From Felis catus (lineage: Eukaryota), in assembly GCF_018350175.1 (NCBI RefSeq), contig NC_058373.1, positions 100,442,001 to 100,506,000 on the forward strand: DNA of 64,000 nt, read 5' to 3'. Positions 24,042 to 34,820 of the stretch are shown here, piece after piece (position 1 is the first letter of the stretch; each line of letters begins with the position of its first letter). The position numbers and the translations under genes were made by a program. Below the pieces are notes generated by a model that saw only the letters and a list, made by a program, of their open reading frames with translations, was not told the origin of the DNA and did no database searches.

Positions 24042-25455
24042 TATACATAATATATACATAATATTTATCTATTCATCCATTGATGGACATTTGGGCTCTT
24101 TCTATACTTTGGCTGTTGTTGAGAGTTCTGCTATAAACATTAGGATGCATGTGTCCCTTCGAAACAGCATACCTATAGCCTATAGGATAAATACCTAGTA
24201 GGACAATTGCTGGGTCACAGAGTAGTTCTATTTTTAATGTTTTGAGGAACTTCCATGCTGTTTTCCAGAGTGGCTGCACCAGCTTGCATTCCCACCAGCA
24301 ATGCAAAAGAGATCCTCTTTCTCCGCATCCTCACCAACATCTGTTGTTGCCTGAGTTGTTAATGTTAGCCATTCTGACAGGTGTGAGGTCGTATCTCATT
24401 GTGGTCTTGATTTGTATTTCCCTGATGATGAGTGATGTTGAGCATTTTTTCATGTGTCAGTTGGCCATCTGGATATCTTCCTGGGAGAAGTGTCTATTCA
24501 TGTCTTTTGCCCGTTTCTTCACTGGATTATTTGTTTTTAGGGAGTTGAGTTTAATAAGTTCTTTATAGATTTTGGATACTAACCCTTTATCTGATATGTC
24601 GTTTGCAAATATCTTCTCCCATTCTGTCGGTTGCCTTTTAGTTTTGCTGATTGTTTCCTTCACTGTGCAGAAGCTTTTTATTTTGATGAGGTCCCAGTAG
24701 TTCATTTTTTGCTTTTGTTTCCCTTGCCTCCGGAGATGTGTTGAGTAAGAAGTTGCTGTGGCCAAGATCAAAGAGGTATCTGCCTGCTTTCTCCTCAAGG
24801 ATTTTGATGGATTCCTGTCTTACATTTAGGTCTTTCATCCATTTTGAGTTTACTTTTGTGTATGGTGTAAGAAAGTGATCCAGGTTCATTCGTCTGCATG
24901 TCACTGTCCAGTTTTCCCAGTGGTTTTCCCAACCACTTGCTGAAGAGACTGTCTTTATTCCATTAGGTATTCTTTCCTGCTTTGTCAAAGATTAGTTGGC
25001 CATACATTTGTGGGTCCACTTCTGGGTTCTCTATTCTGTTCCATTGATCTGAGTGTCTGTTTTTGTGCCAGTACCATACTGTCTTGATGATTACAGCTTT
25101 GTAGTATAGCTTAAAGTCTGGGATTGTGATGCCTCCTGCTTTGATTTTCTTTTTCAAGATTGCTTTGGCTATTTGGGGTCTTTTCTGGTTCCATATAAAT
25201 TTTAGGATTATTTGTTCTAGCTCTGTGAAGAATGCTGGTCTTATTTTGATAAGGATTGCATTGAATATGTAGATTGCTTTGGGTAGTATTGACATTTTAA
25301 CAATATTTGTTCTTCCTATCCAGGAGCGTGAAATCTTTTTCCATTTTTTTTTTGTCTTCTTCAATTTCTTTCATAAGCTCTCTATAGTTTTCAGTGTATA
25401 GATTTTTCACCTGTTTGGTTAGATTTATTCCTAGGTATTTTGTGGTTTTTGGTGT
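23564..25455 (-). mobile_element. 5'-truncated carnivore/felid L1 with frameshifted ORF2
   Basis: ORFs 24963..25364(-), 24638..24988(-), 24457..24798(-) and 24073..24306(-) give consecutive L1 ORF2 peptides ([56 protein letters not shown]). TSD ga(a/g)catgtgact. Confidence 0.95.
23956..24060. repeat. Compound (TG)n(TA)n microsatellite inside the L1
   Basis: Seen directly in the sequence. Confidence 0.95.
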
Positions 25456-26599
25456 GAGCATGTGACTCTTGATCTCAGTATTGTGAGTTCAAATCCCATA
25501 TTGGTTGTTGAGACTAACTAAATAAAACAGAAAGAAAGAAAGAAGAAAGAAAGAAATGAAAGAAATCAAATTAGAATTATGAGAGACCATATTTTAACCT
25601 ATTAATTGGTTAAAAAAGTTGGATAATCCTGTGCTGAGGAATAAGGGAAAGAGACACACTCTTGCATGGAATATAAATTGGAATAATCTCTATGAAGGAC
25701 AATTTGACAAAATATCAAAATGTCAAAATACCGGGAGCCTGGCCGTGTCAGTAGAGCATGCAACTCTTGATCTTGGGGTTATAAGTTCACCCACAAGTTG
25801 GGTATACAGATCACTTAAAAATAAAATCTTGAAAAAAAACACAAAAAAATAGCAAAATGTCAAAATATAGCAATCCCACCTCTACAAATTCGACCTATAT
25901 ATAGACTCAAGGATATCCACCTGAAGCACAGTTTGTAATGGGTAAAGAACGAAAACAAACGACATGTGTATTAACAGGGCACTGTTAAATATCCAGTTAA
26001 AATGAACACATAAACAAGGGAATTCTATTTGTTCTGATATGAAACCTTTCCAAGGCTGTGAAAAACAAAGAATGAAACATTGTGTAATGTATGCTATTTG
26101 TATAAAAATTTACATATATCAGACATGTTTGTACATGCAAAGAACACTTCTGGAAAAATACACAAGAAACGAATAATAAATAGTGCTTGCTTCCACAATG
26201 GAGAAGTAGGTGCTGGGTGGGCAGAAGGGAGAGGGATAGTACTTCTTATCCATAGTTTTAAAGAAATATTTTGGATGAATGTTAAGAATGGATCCTCTAT
26301 TTACAGTTATTAATAAAAAAGCTTCAAAAGGGCAAAGTTTTGACACCCAAATGCTCTGTCTGGGACTTGCAAGGGAGTAATATTTTCCGGCAGTGAGAGC
26401 CAGTGAATGCCCCCTGTGTTGGAGTAAAGAACAGAGTGCCCACTGCATTTTTACAGTGCATCTTAAAATAGTGTGTTGCAAAGCCCAGGGAGCTCAGCCC
26501 TTCTTGATTGTTGGTTAGCAGACTGCCAGGGATCATTTTCCAAAAACCAACTTGCAATCCTCTATATTCCAGAAGGTTGTGTTTTCTGTGAAAATGTTC

Positions 26600-27170
26600 A
26601 GGACTTAGAGAACTGGAAAGCAGGTGGGGAAGGTTCAGAGGAGCCGCCCCCACGCACCCTCTCTCCCATTGCTGTCTTTCCTCATTCCAGCCAGTGCCAC
26701 CGCTCCTCTGTCCTGGGTCCAGCCTTTGACACAGGCCCCGCAGCTGCTTCGACTGACCCCTCCCCGCTCCCTCTAGGGGTCTGGAACAGCCCTTGCTGGC
26801 ACCTCCGCAGCTGTGACTCATTGCAAATGCTTTGCATTCCGGGATGTTCTGCAGGGTCTGGGTCTCCCCTGTGGCTCGAAACATTAGGCGAGTTGAAAGG
26901 GAGGAGAAAAGGAGGCCCCACAGCTGCCAAAACATTGCGAGGAAGAGGGGAAAACTGTGAGGAAAACTGGAGAGGTTTTGTGCCGGCAGGACCCCAGCCA
27001 GCCGCTCCCTGGCTGGGGCCTGCTGGTAACTTGAGCAGGGCCCGGGGACGCGGTGGAGGCAGACTCAGGGGCTTGTCCAAGCCCCTGCGAGGCCCATTCA
27101 CACATCCAGAAGCACCACACGCCATCTGGAGACCATCTCCATCTGTCTGGGAAGGACTGGGTTGAAGCCA
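26600..27170. promoter_or_regulatory. GC-rich non-repeat island, candidate enhancer
   Basis: GC and CpG content are locally raised. Motifs seen: GC-box gccgccccc at ~26643, TEAD-type CATTCC at ~26683 and ~26835, E-box CAGCTG at 26808, AP-1 TGACTCA at 26814-26820, and C/EBP-like TTGCAAAT. Confidence 0.45.
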
Positions 27171-27685
27171 CTCTAGGAAGCAGACATGTGTCTCATCCAG
27201 AAAATTTTTGTTTCGAATGTTAGTTTACCTTTATTTCACTGGGATTGTTTTGTTAGCTTATTTTCTCCCTGCTACCTATAGTTGTACACAACTTATACTC
27301 AGGTCAGTTGACATCTACTTTTAAAACGGTAGTGTTCTTTCTTTTTCTCTTCTGGAAGCTTTGGGACTCCATGTTGAGGTCTATGTTAAAAAAAAACAAA
27401 AAAGCCCAACTGTCCAGGTAAGGGCTGGGGGAGGGGAGAGCCCTGCCCACTCACCCTCGTCTTCATTTCTTCCCTGCTGCTCTATGCGGACTCTAACGGG
27501 ACATATTATTAAAAATCTTTATAATCAGTCAACTTTATTGAAGTACATTTACTTATAATAAAATATACCCATTTTAAGTGCACAGTTTGATGAATTTTGG
27601 CAAATATATATATATATCCATGTAAGGCCTAATTTGAAGCCATTGGCTGAGTAAATATGAACATAATGGAATAAAGGTACATTAA

Positions 27686-27881
27686 ATTTGTTTTTGAATG
27701 TTTATTTTTGAGAGAGACAGAGCACGAGCAGGGGAGGGGCAGAGAGAGAGGGAGATACAGAATCTGAAGCAGGCTCGGCTCTGAGCTGCCAGCACAGAGC
27801 CTGATGTGGAGCTCGAACTCAGAACTGTGAGATCGTGATTTAAGCTGAAGTCAGATGCCTAACTGACTGAGCCACCAGGTG
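27686..27881 (-). mobile_element. Can-SINE
   Basis: Reverse SINEC body. Confidence 0.9.
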
Positions 27882-28158
27882 TAGCAAAATAAATGTTCAT
27901 TTTTAAAAACGGAAATCAATAGTATTTAATATTCACTATATTGTCCCAACCGCATGGGTATGACATCATCATATGCTAAGGTTCCTTTATTATCAAACAA
28001 ATCATGATAGTTAATTTACTTTTACTTGGGTAGAAGGAAACAACTTGGATTTAACACAAAACAGAATCAAAGGGAGTGAAATAATTGCTAAATCTCCATA
28101 AAGTTGTCTTCTGTATGAGAAATGTTAGCTTTTATAAGCTCTTTAAAATTCAGAAGCA

Positions 28159-28345
28159 GGGCATCAGGCTCTTGATTTCAGCTCAGGTCATGATGTATAG
28201 TTCATGAGATTGAGCCCCAAGTCAATTTGGGTGTGGAACCTGCTTGGGTTTCTCTCTCTCCCTCTGCCCCTCTCCCCTCCCCCTTCTCTTCCCCCTCCCC
28301 CCTCCCCACCGTGCATGAATTCTCTCTCTCAAAAAAAAAAATAAA
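28159..28345 (+). mobile_element. Can-SINE with a deletion in the head
   Basis: TSD taaaattcagaagca at 28144-28158 and 28346-28360. The A-box segment is missing. Confidence 0.85.
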
Positions 28346-28559
28346 TAAAATTCAGAAGCAATTGTGAAAGTCATGTTTTTCTTTTTTTTTTTTTTTTTTT
28401 TTTTAGCATTGATTGACCTTTTCTGTAAAAGATGAAGATAATGTTTTCACAAGACTCCCATCTAAACATCCCTTCTAACTTTTACATTATTTTTATACTG
28501 ACATGTTTGTGACCTCAACATGCTCATAAGTGACTGTCCAATAGTTTGTACTGGCCTAT

Positions 28560-30000
28560 ATGTAAGTGGATTTGGTGTTCACCTAGAGCCTTTTATGTGG
28601 CTTCTCTGTTCCTTTTTTTCTTATTTTAATTCTTGTCTTAACTGCCAGCCTATTATTGTTAAGTAGTTTTTTGAGAGAGGCTCATGGGTGCTGGGTTTCC
28701 TCTCCTTTTCATGTTTTGGAAAGCCTATCTACTAGAATGGCAACTTATTTTGTTAAGATATTCTTGGGTTACACGCTAGTCATTGCTTCTGTCTTTTGCC
28801 ACTGGGTTCTGAGGTCAGTACGTCCCCTGCAGATAATTTGATCTTGTTGGTCTGAATGCTTGAAGAATCCTTTCTTTACTTTGGAACTTCAGGAGGCGAA
28901 GATAGGTCTTAGGGTTGAGCGGTCCATGTGGAAGTTTCCTGAAACACAGCGTGTTCTTTAATTCAGCAGAGTCACTTTGGTCTCAGGGACATTCTCTTCA
29001 GTATTTTTAATTGGATGGGTTTACTACTTCAGAACACCATTTGTCATTACATGAGATCACTTTCATCCAGTCCCCACTACCTACCCCCTTTCTACTTACT
29101 TTAATCTCTTAGTTTCTTTTTGTTTTAAAACTGCATTTACTGTGGTTACATCCAATCTTTGCTTTATGTTGTAATTCAAGTTTTAGCTGTTTCTTACTCT
29201 GTTCCTTGCTGTTTTTACTTTAATCATTTGTTTTGTAATTATGTGGGTTTTTTGTCCTCATTTTTTCCCCAGCTCATTCTGCTTTTTTCTTTTTTTATCA
29301 CAGGCTATTTGAGCTCATGTTTTATTTAATTCATGTTCTTAAGATGTTGTTTTGTGGTATAAAGCATTTGTAGGCAATTCCCTTGTTACTAGAGTTTTTC
29401 TTTTTCCTTTTCTCCCCCTAGGGTTTTTCTAAGTTGGACCCTTTATCTATCTCTCATGTTTATGCTTTTTTCCTTTGAACTGGTAAAAAGCAAGTATGTT
29501 TGTAAAATAGCTTTGTAATTTTTTTCCCCCATCTGCTCACATTCTATCTAGATTTTCTACTCTCTATTTGTTTTGAATCAGGATTATTTTTCCTCTATAA
29601 ATATCCGAAAGCACTTTGTTCCAGGGTGTTCTCCTCTCTACCACAGTCTGAGGGCTGGAAATTGTGGGTCCTCACACTTTGCTGTGACCTGAGATGATAG
29701 CAGGGGATGAAGGAGATCTACATCAACTAGGCAATACGCATCTTAGAAGATGCTCCGCTTCTCTGAAATTTTCTTAAATATCCTGGACAAGTTTTCTTTC
29801 ACCCTGTTGGAGACTTCATCCTCCTCCTAGGGCTGAGGGGAAGAAGACTTCGAGGATTATTTAACAATCAGGATTAATCATTTAAACTGGGATTAAATAA
29901 TTAGTAATGTGGATGACTCGAGAGCCTTACTTGCCAATTCGTTATTCAAATTTGTGGCATTTGGTGAAGTCCCGTTCTTGTTTGATTACTGTAGGTAAAT
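28560..30000 (-). mobile_element. Ancient L1M/HAL1-like fragment
   Basis: Long T-rich strand bias and decayed L1 ORF1-region text (gcttgaagaatcctttctttactttggaacttc). The family is uncertain. Confidence 0.4.
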
Positions 30001-30034
30001 ATTTGCTTTACTCCTTTAAAAAATTATGTGTTCA

Positions 30035-30243
30035 GGAGCGCCTGGGTGGCTCAGTCGGTTAAGCATCTGATTTCAGCTCAGGTCATGATCTCGTGGTTTG
30101 TGGGTTCAAGCCCTGCATCGGTCTCTGTGCTGACAGCTTAGAGCCTGGATCCTGTTTTAGATTCTATCTCTGTCTCTCTCTCTGCCCCTCCCCTGCTCTC
30201 TCGCTCTCTCTCAAAAATAAATAAACATTAAAATTTTTTTTTA
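30035..30243 (+). mobile_element. Can-SINE (SINEC_Fc-type)
   Basis: Head ggagcgcctgggtggctcagtcggttaag, then (CT)n and an aataaa tail. Confidence 0.93.
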
Positions 30244-30302
30244 AAACTATGTTCATTTCATTCGTCATGGGTTATAATTTTTTACCTGGAATTCTCTAAT
30301 GG

Positions 30303-30339
<37 letters not shown>

Positions 30340-30679
30340 AATAGCGCTCTGAGCCATGTGGGAGAGAACTGTCCTGGAGTTGACTTACCTGCTGTGATCA
30401 TGAAGATTCCCCTTTAAACACAATCATGTCCAATGAGACAGGAAAACTGATTTCTTCTTCAATCATATTTCGTCTCTTGAGATTACTAAAAAGAAAAAAA
30501 AGAAAAAACATAATTAGAACATAATTATGAGCAAAGAGAAAAAAACATAATTAGTTTACTCTTTAATGCCTATTACCTTTGAGATATGAAGAATGGAAAC
30601 TTTATGTTTTAAATCCTTGTTGGCTACCTTATTATCCCCATATCTCTGGTGGTCGCTGGACAGAACATGTTAACAAAAC

Positions 30680-31060
30680 TGATAGGTTTAATAGATTGGT
30701 AGATAAGGGTACTGGTAGATACCTAGTGTATCAAGATTTGTTCAAGGCATCTGAGAAAACCTTTCTTGATATCTGTCATTTAAGTGACAGGATAGAGCTG
30801 TGTGTACTGGGTGATTAATCAAGTAGGAGGGTTATAGCTGGTTGTCTAGACAACCATTTCCTGAAGATTAATGTGTGGCCCTCAAACCCCAGGGAAGCCT
30901 GGTCACAATGCGTACTTTGACACTATCCTCTGTAATCCTTGGAGTCTGGAGAAACATGAAAATCTAGCTTACCAAGTCTGTAGCAGCAGAAATCTAGGAA
31001 TGAAAACTAACTGGATGACAGAATCAGTCCCTGAAAGATATTATTTGCAAGTAATGAACC
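30680..31060 (+). mobile_element. CR1/L3 RT fossil
   Basis: The peptide RLVDKGTGRYLVYQDLFKASEK resembles CR1 RLVDEGNAVDVVYLDFSKAFDK. A later stretch resembles KFADDTKLG...DRIRIQKDL. Confidence 0.6.
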
Positions 31061-31548
31061 CATATCCACAAAACGAAAATTTAGGTATAATAGGTATTTA
31101 TAATTTGGGCTGCCCGGCATCTAAAATCTTTTCCTATTTAGGAAGAATCCTAAGATAATGATAGCGAAGCAGCCCTCTCTTCTACCCTAGAGACGAAAAG
31201 GGCCGCTATCCCCCTGGGACCACAAGCAAGGACAAGATCTAAGCACAACTAATCAAACGCTGCCACCTGGGACTATATCCTGAAGGGGTAATGACAAGGC
31301 TCAGGTCAATTAGGTATGCTTCATGGTGGCTCTGCAAGGGGGAAGGTGTGGGGAGTCTGGAAGGATGAGGTGCATATCTAATGACAGTAGAATCAGCACA
31401 GAGGTGGTAGGTGTCCTGATGCCAGCTTTGGGACAGTGAATGTCCTCCTGGAAAGTGCTATGTCCTGAGCAGCCTGCTCCTGTGCTGACAGCTCATCTAT
31501 GTGATGTCTCCCTGGGCTCCTATGTGATTCATTTCTACTGTTCTTTGT

Positions 31549-31771
31549 TTTTTTTTTTTTTAATTTTTATTTTTTATTTTTTTTTATTGTTGAGAGAGAC
31601 AGAGCATGAGCAGGGGAGGGGCAGAGAGAGAGGGAGACACAGAATCTGAAGCAGGCTCCAGGCTCTGAGGTGTCAGCACAGAGTTCTAGGCAGGGCTCAA
31701 ACTCCCAGGCTATGAGATCATGACCTGAGCCAAAGTCGGACGCCTAACCGACTGAGCCACCCAGGCACCCC
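31549..31771 (-). mobile_element. Can-SINE
   Basis: Degenerate TSD catttctac..ttcttt on both sides. Confidence 0.92.
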
Positions 31772-32231
31772 ATTTCTACCATTCTTTGATTCCAAGAGCC
31801 ATGAGAATCAAAATACAGTCCATTTCTGCTATGGAACCATAGTTGTTTTCTGTTATTTACCATCAAGAACCTTGATAAGTACAACATCTCTGAGTTCAGG
31901 ATCCAAAAATCTGAAACGTAACTATCCTGAGAAGACCTGGATGCTTGGCAATTCATGTGAAATAGACCTCGCGAACTGTGATGTAATGGTTGTCAATAAA
32001 AGGGCATGGCTGCCAGAGGGCTACAATGGGCAGGACAAAGATGGTCAGAGGCCATCTTATTTACTCTTCTGCTCTTGTGAACGACAACTTGAGTATATTT
32101 TCCTGTTCAGAGTGTTTTATTTTAAGGCAGAAAGGGACAGATTAAAATAGGTACAGTGGGAGAATGGCCAGAAAGTTAATGAGTCTTTATACGAGGAGCT
32201 GGAGAAATCTAACTTAGAAAAGCCATAGGGA

Positions 32232-32443
32232 GGGGCGTCTGCGTGCCTCAGTTGGTTAAGTGTCTGACTTCGGCTCAGGTCATGATCTCACGGTTCGTGA
32301 GTTTGAGCCCCACGTCCAGCTCTGTGCTGACAGCTCAGGGCCTGGAGCCTGCTTCGGATTCTGTGTCTCCCTCTCTCTCTGCCCTTTCCCTGCTCATGTT
32401 CTGTCTGGCTCTCTCTCTCAAAAATAAACATTAAAAAAAGAAA
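32232..32443 (+). mobile_element. Can-SINE
   Basis: TSD agaaaagccataggga at 32216-32231 and 32444-32459. Confidence 0.93.
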
Positions 32444-32494
32444 AGAAAAGCCATAGGGAAGACATTCTATGATTTTTCAAATTACATTACTGCT

Positions 32495-32936
32495 ATGGGC
32501 ATTGAAGAGGGCACTTGTTGGGATGAGCACTGGATGTTGTATGTAAGCGAGGCACCACCGGAATCTACCCCCAAAAACCAAGAGCACACTTTACACAATG
32601 TACATTAGCCAATTTGATAATAAATTACATTTAAGAAACAAAATAAAATAGGGGCACCTGGGTGGCTCAGTCGGTTAAGCGTCCGGCTTCAGCTCAGGTC
32701 ATGATCTCATAGTTTGTGAGTTCGAGCCCCCTCCCGTCGGGCTCTGTGCTGACAGCTCAGAGCCTGGAGCCTGCTTCAGATTTTGTGTCTCCCTCTCTCT
32801 CTGCCCCTTCCCCGTCCATGCTCTGTCTCTCTTTCTCTCTGTCTCTCTGTCTCTCAAAAATAAACATTAAAAAAAATTAAAATAAAATAAAAGCTAACCT
32901 GATTGTTTTGCAAAAAAAAAAAAAAAACAAAAACCA
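32495..32936 (+). mobile_element. Short L1 3'-end insertion with a nested SINE (32651-32878) and a short non-L1 segment before poly(A)
   Basis: Carnivore L1 terminus gggcattgaagagggcacttgttgggatgagcactgg...aatttgataataaa. 17-bp TSD caaattacattactgct at 32478-32494 and 32937-32953. Confidence 0.85.
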
Positions 32937-34560
32937 CAAATTACATTACTGCTGAAATAATTTTATAAAAATATGATACAAAAACATGCAAAATGACCTT
33001 AAAAATAAAACAACATCCCCCACACCAATATTGAGCTCTATGTGTATATCACAAAAGGAGAGAGAAAGTGAGGGCTGAGAGTTTTCAGATGGGACCAGGA
33101 TAAGAAGGGAGGGTTGTTTAGACACTCCTGTCACAGGAGAGTGAGCCTTGGAGGGACCATTTCCTGGGCTCCAATCTAACACTTTCCTCTTCAGGGCCCT
33201 TATTCCTGGGGTGCAGATATCCTTTACTCCAATGGTGTTCTTAAACTAACTATTGTTCCAGAGACTCCATTGTAGTAGAAATACAAGATGTAAATTTACT
33301 GAAATATTCCAAAGGTATCCTAGCATATACTATTGTATTCTTGCTCTGCCTTCTGCCTTCTAGTTTCTAAGGTGTTCACGTGAGTAATAAACCTTAAACC
33401 CTGTCCTTCCCCAAAGCTTCATAATACATCTAAGGCTGTTTCCATTATCAGAGTGTCCCTGAGGATAATATTGATTATTTTGAATTAACTATTTCAAGTA
33501 TGAAATAATGTTATACATTCATTTCTTACTTGATTATTTCTTCCAACTTTTATGTGGAATGGAATTGAAATAATTGAGGATATTTTGCATTTTTGAGAAA
33601 TCAAAACCTCTGAAGGTAATTCAACTCTTTTGCAAGCTTGTATGCAAACTGGTTCTACCACTCCCCGGATGCCCTGGCGTCAAGCATTGAGAGAGGGTAG
33701 GAGGAAACGGAGGCCTCCCCACCTTCAAGTCTCCTTGGCAGAGTCAGGGACCACGTCTTCTCCCAGAGAATACAATCAGGGGATTCAATACTGGCAGGGT
33801 TTAGAGCGTCAAACAAGAGCTTCATTCAGGCTCCTGAGGGTTGCTACAAGTAATACTGCTGTGAGTATCCTGCTGACTACTGAGCATGCATATTAACTAG
33901 CTTAACTTTTGTTCCTTGTTTTCACAGTTATGGCAAATGATCTGGGTTCAGCCATTCCTCCTTCCCTCGGTCCTGTCTTGCAACACATCTCTCTGTGATG
34001 TCTGATTGAGGCTAGAAGAGCAACGGAATGGGCTTCGAGCTCCTCCGGGTGGGGGTGGGGAGGTGTGGAGAGGAGGAAGCATGGTTTATGGAATATTCTC
34101 CCTACAGCACTTAGGATAGTCAAAGCGCACAGTAAAGGACTGCTGGATTGAACTGAACTGAAGGGAACGTAACTAGCTGTCTCAGTATACCAAAACCACG
34201 CACAGGCAAGGAATGCTTGCTAGGGATCCGCACAAATTATTACATAAACCAACTTTTTGGCAGGGAGAGAAGCTAGGGATGTATTTTTCCTTGATTTTCA
34301 TATTATAGCTTGACCCATTGTATAATAATTTATTAAGAAATAAAGGAACGGAGGAATGCCATTTTAAAGAAAGTCAATAAAAACAGCATCCTTTTAACTC
34401 CTGTTGTCGTACTAGGTTTATTGCTTAGGAAAAGTGAATCGTCAACAATTCCAAAATACAGAACCACATGACAGTTAAATTTATCATGATATTTACCTAC
34501 AAGAAAAAAAGAATTAAGGACTTAATTCCACTTCTCCTCACTAAAATTTTATTATCTCTC

Positions 34561-34636
34561 TTTTTTTGTTTTTTTTTTTTTTTAGAGAGAGAGAGCAAGT
34601 TGGGGAGAGGGGCAGAAGGAGAGAGAGAGGAGAGAG

Positions 34637-34697
<61 letters not shown>

Positions 34698-34820
34698 TCT
34701 TAAGGAGGCTCCATGTTCAGCACAGAGCCTGCCTCAGGCCTGATCCACAATTCTGGGATGATGACCTGAGCTGAAATCAAGAGTCAGACACTCAAGCGAC
34801 TGAGCCACCCAGGGCTCTCC
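34561..34820 (-). mobile_element. Can-SINE with a long (GA)n microsatellite
   Basis: (GA)n run at ~34640-34692 and a reverse head. Confidence 0.9.

Larger units (their letters stand above)
22980..26280 (+). mobile_element. Ancient L1M(E) 3' fragment hosting a split SINE, an L1 and a second short SINE (25733-25845)
   Basis: Decayed ORF2/3' UTR text on both sides of the insertions (gggaataactggataaccatctgg; gagagaccatattttaacctatt; gaatataaattgg). Confidence 0.65.

Noticed and set aside
24073..25364. L1 ORF2 pieces as a functional gene
   Set aside because: The copy is 5'-truncated and frameshifted, so it is a dead retrotransposon.
26400..26422. Partial CTCF-like sequence (tgccccctgtgttgg; also tctagatggcag at ~54498)
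   Set aside because: Both lack the conserved CCA/CCG half of the core.
26324..27171. Overlapping long ORFs (230, 203, 147 and 95 aa) on both strands
   Set aside because: No recognisable protein, most have non-ATG starts, and they are open on both strands, as expected in GC-rich DNA.
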